From the NCBI GenBank assembly GCA_051880395.1, contig JBJENW010000108.1, positions 3,677 through 67,676 on the forward strand: DNA of 64,000 bases, given 5' to 3'. This DNA is from Lachnospiraceae bacterium (GTDB lineage Bacteria > Bacillota > Clostridia > Lachnospirales > Lachnospiraceae). A program made the translations under genes and the position numbers. Positions 61,281 through 64,000 of this stretch are shown here, one piece after another; the stretch's first letter is position 1, and every line of letters starts with the position of its first letter. The notes below the pieces were generated by a model that was not told where the DNA came from, did not search any database, and saw only the letters and a list, made by a program, of their open reading frames with translations.

Positions 61281-62474
61281 CTAATCGCCCTCTTTCATAT
61301 CAAAATCTTTCAGCCATGGTATTCCACCATATACTCCTGCCAAATAATCTTTTTCAAATGAGGAATCTGATCTTACTTTAAAATCCGATAGAGCAGACAA
61401 TTTTGAATATCCAAATTCATCCTTTTGAACAAACCAAATCTGGTCTCGTCGAAAAAACTTTTTATCCATCAATGTAGTATCATGCGTTGTATAGATCAAC
61501 TGTGCCTTGGATTTTTGATCATAAAACAAATCTATAATAAATTTCAATAACAGTGGGTGCAATTTTGCATTTAATTCATCTACAAAAATCGTACGATTAT
61601 TCAATATAGCCGTCTGGGAATAAATAAAAAATAGTATACTTTTTATCGTTCCCTCTGATTCATAAAACAAATCCAACGAATACGACTTTCCATCTTTCCC
61701 TTTATGAAATGTTGTAAATTTGATATTTTTCTCACTATCATCGTATTCAATATCCTTAATCCCTGTATCAGTCGCAGACAAAAAGCAAAGTAACTTTTTC
61801 TTATCAAAATCAATCACTTGAGGAAGAAGTGCTTTTAACAATCTTGGATTCTCACAAAAATCTGTTGGGATAACCAAAATATCCATAATTCCTTTATAAA
61901 CTTCATTAAAAATGTTTGTCTTCAGTTTTAACTTTTTAAAGAAGGATAACACTAACGTTTCAATTGGAATCTGCTCTCCATATAATTCACATTCTTTTCG
62001 AACAGTAGGACCAAACCGTACTTCTTTTGTAGTTCGTTCAAATATCGTTGTAGTCCGATTTGTTTGCAGATTTTTTCGATATAACCATTCCGTCACAATG
62101 CATTCTTCGTTATATTCGAACCCATACTTATATTCAAAATCTCCTAAAATCTGCACGATTTCAAACTCTGAATTTTCTTTACAACCATCAAGTGAAAACG
62201 GTTCGTAATATTTTTCAATTGCAGTTGTCTCATCCTCCGCCACATTATTTAAAGATTCCCGAATAATTCTTTGAAAATAGTTCATCGCCATATATAAATT
62301 CGATTTACCACTTGCATTAGCTCCATAAATCGCAGAAACCTTAAGATATTTTTCTTTCGTTCCGTTCTCAATCAAATTACATTCATGTTCCTTATATGCA
62401 CGAATCGCTGTCATATCTAAAATGGTTTCCTCTTTAAAAGATAAAACGTTCTTTAACATAAACTGTACCAACAT
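61281..62474 (-). CDS. ABC-type AAA ATPase (AAA_15/AAA_21-like; AbiLi/RloA-like partner of RloB)
   Basis: Walker A GANASGKSN, Walker B TIFVDELNAKLHP, and TTHD. Its stop codon abuts the RloB start codon. Confidence 0.8.
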   Translation of the reverse strand: MLVQFMLKNVLSFKEETILDMTAIRAYKEHECNLIENGTKEKYLKVSAIYGANASGKSNLYMAMNYFQRIIRESLNNVAEDETTAIEKYYEPFSLDGCKENSEFEIVQILGDFEYKYGFEYNEECIVTEWLYRKNLQTNRTTTIFERTTKEVRFGPTVRKECELYGEQIPIETLVLSFFKKLKLKTNIFNEVYKGIMDILVIPTDFCENPRLLKALLPQVIDFDKKKLLCFLSATDTGIKDIEYDDSEKNIKFTTFHKGKDGKSYSLDLFYESEGTIKSILFFIYSQTAILNNRTIFVDELNAKLHPLLLKFIIDLFYDQKSKAQLIYTTHDTTLMDKKFFRRDQIWFVQKDEFGYSKLSALSDFKVRSDSSFEKDYLAGVYGGIPWLKDFDMKEGD

Positions 62475-62500
62475 GTCAAACCGCCTCCTTTATATTATAT

Positions 62501-62529
62501 AATATAATGTTTTTCTAATTCTATGTCAA
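62501..62529 (-). promoter_or_regulatory. candidate sigma-A promoter of the ATPase/RloB pair
   Basis: On the minus strand: TTGACA (62529-62524), a 17-nt spacer, then TATATT (62506-62501). An AAGGAGG RBS follows before the ATG at 62474. Confidence 0.5.
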
Positions 62530-62695
62530 TATTTTTGTGATTTTTTCACATTTATATCATTATAGTTTTCTATTTTTAATTATTTATTCACATTCTCCCA
62601 TTATTTTCTTCCTTCTACCATTATTGGCGCGTACATTCCATTGTTTGATGATCTCAAAAATACCGTATCCTCTTGATTGCCGCACCTAAGGCAAT

Positions 62696-62760
62696 CTCTT
62701 CTCATAAAAGAAAAACCGACACGTATGCGTTCGCGTGCCGGTTTTCTTTTATGAGAAGAG
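62696..62760 (-). terminator. long hairpin terminator of surface-protein gene 2
   Basis: CTCTTCTCATAAAAGAAAAACCGACACG...CGTGCCGGTTTTCTTTTATGAGAAGAG lies 15 nt downstream of the stop. Confidence 0.7.
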
Positions 62761-62777
62761 ATACCCGTATGAGCTAT

Positions 62778-64000
62778 TTAATTTTTACCGTCATGGTAAC
62801 AGTCTTCTTCTTTCCGTTCTTTAATGTGACAGTTGCCTGAATCTTTACACTTGATCTTACCATTCTTTGATACAGTTGCAACACTAGATTTTCCTGACTT
62901 GTATGTGATTGTTTTTACATTTGCCATATCCAGTTTACTGCTAAATGTCATCTTCGTCTCTTTATTCTTCTTCAGTGTGGTACTTGTTTTCTTTGATGCA
63001 ACGGTCTTTAAGACTGCTTTTTCCACTTTCTTGGTATCTGAGGCATTTAAGAACTGATAGGTTCCTTTTGTCTTAAATGTCGCGCTGACGTTTCCACCTG
63101 CAGATACTTTATAATTCGTCGCATTGACCAGTGTCTGTTTGCCGGTCTTTGGATCTACTTTGACAACGGTCAGCGTTTTTCCTTTCTTTAAGTCCGCAGC
63201 GTTGGCTTTTAATGTATAAGCAGTCTTTCCCTTCTTATCCGTCACCGCCTGGCTAATCTGGACTTTCTTGCTTCCGGCTGCCTCCTGTACCTGTGTGACA
63301 ACAGCTGCACTGATCGTGCCTTTCGTTCCCGACTTCGATGTGCTGCCCGGTTTCTTGACGGATGCCGTTGCAGTCACCTTACCCTTCGAATCCGTCTTTA
63401 CGGTAATGGTTGCGGTCGCATTTTTCTCTATTTTTTCGATGACAGAGGTCTCAACTTTGGAAGTCACTTTGCCCTTCTTATCTGTCTTTGTCACTTCCGT
63501 GACAGCTACTTTCTTGCCGGATTTGTTGGTCTCTGTGGCTTTTACGGTCTCCGTTGCGGCACCACTTGCGGTTGTCACCCGTTTCACGGTCGTACCGTCG
63601 GCTTTCTTCTCGTTCATCACAGAAGAACCGTCGGTCTTTGTCTCCGTCTTCTTGTAGGAGCCGTCCGGACGCTCTTCGCTGATCTCTTTGGAACCGTCCG
63701 GGTTCTCATTTGTTTCGATGGTGGTTCCATCGGCTTTGTTCTCAACTTTGTTCATGGTTCCGTCTGCGGAAATCTCTGTCTTTGTGGTGCTTCCATCCGG
63801 TTTTTCTTCGGTAATGACTTTGGAACCGTCGTCCTTGGTCTCTGTGGTAACGGTAGTTCCGTCTTCTTTTGTTTCTGTGGTTGTATCGATCGTGCTTGGT
63901 CCGCTCGGTTTTGTGCTCGGTGCCTCACTCGGAGCATCGCTTGGTTCTTCGCTCGGAGCAGTACTTGGTTCTTTGCTTGGCTCTTCACTTGGAGCGGTGC
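62778..64000 (-). CDS. paralogous surface protein, C-terminal part only (continues beyond window end); C-terminus frameshifted relative to paralogue 1
   Basis: The frame stays open through 64000 (TAPSEEPSKEPSTAPSEEPS...DGT repeats...). From the DGT repeats onward it aligns with the C-terminal ~330 aa of the 57168-60404 product. The last ~20 aa diverge because of a 17-nt length difference. Confidence 0.8.
   Translation of the reverse strand, partial: TAPSEEPSKEPSTAPSEEPSDAPSEAPSTKPSGPSTIDTTTETKEDGTTVTTETKDDGSKVITEEKPDGSTTKTEISADGTMNKVENKADGTTIETNENPDGSKEISEERPDGSYKKTETKTDGSSVMNEKKADGTTVKRVTTASGAATETVKATETNKSGKKVAVTEVTKTDKKGKVTSKVETSVIEKIEKNATATITVKTDSKGKVTATASVKKPGSTSKSGTKGTISAAVVTQVQEAAGSKKVQISQAVTDKKGKTAYTLKANAADLKKGKTLTVVKVDPKTGKQTLVNATNYKVSAGGNVSATFKTKGTYQFLNASDTKKVEKAVLKTVASKKTSTTLKKNKETKMTFSSKLDMANVKTITYKSGKSSVATVSKNGKIKCKDSGNCHIKERKEEDCYHDGKN

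Noticed and set aside
63752-63988. 78-aa ORF listed upstream of the 325-aa ORF, suggesting two genes or a frameshift in paralogue 2.
   Set aside because: Translation in the frame of the 325-aa ORF stays open upstream through the window end (TAPSEEPSKEPS...DGT repeats) and matches paralogue 1. The 78-aa ORF is an out-of-frame artefact.

Overview
This window is a chromosomal segment of a spore-forming anaerobic Firmicute. Gene content suggests Clostridia, possibly Lachnospiraceae, but that is inference only. Most genes lie on the minus strand.

Recognisable content, in order:
- spoIVA 5' end, uppP, malQ and a CLC channel.
- The rnfCDGEAB operon.
- A DnaQ-like exonuclease gene behind a long structured leader.
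- cheR, an ispH-S1 fusion, cmk, a YhiN/BaiN-type flavoprotein and citrate synthase.
- A cheY gene paired with an MshEN/CheX-like gene, then thrC.
- A four-gene operon of unknown function: a 1181-aa giant, an Hsp70/actin-fold protein, a TPR-like protein and a coiled-coil membrane protein.
- A secreted GH53 galactanase and degV-paaI-lysR.
- A 10-gene Rrf2-headed sulfate/cysteine operon: cysK, sbp-cysTWA, AprAB-like genes and cysDN.
- gltBD, a CPBP protease, a HAD phosphatase and parEC.
- Two tandem paralogous giant surface-protein genes. An AT-rich islet between them carries an AAA-ATPase plus RloB (AbiL-like) pair, and the RloB gene is broken at an A8 tract.

I saw no rRNA, tRNA, CRISPR array, transposase or integrase.

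Most noteworthy observations:
1. The orphan four-gene operon at 22414-29275.
2. A family of long hairpin-forming intergenic repeats at two loci. They have conserved asymmetric ends, and their stems differ between copies while staying self-complementary.
3. A ~70-bp-stem hairpin in the exonuclease leader, with about 13 G.U pairs on the plus strand and no A.C pairs.
4. A protein with four tandem MshEN-type (c-di-GMP-binding) motifs fused to a CheX-like domain, next to cheY.
5. The ATPase/RloB islet.
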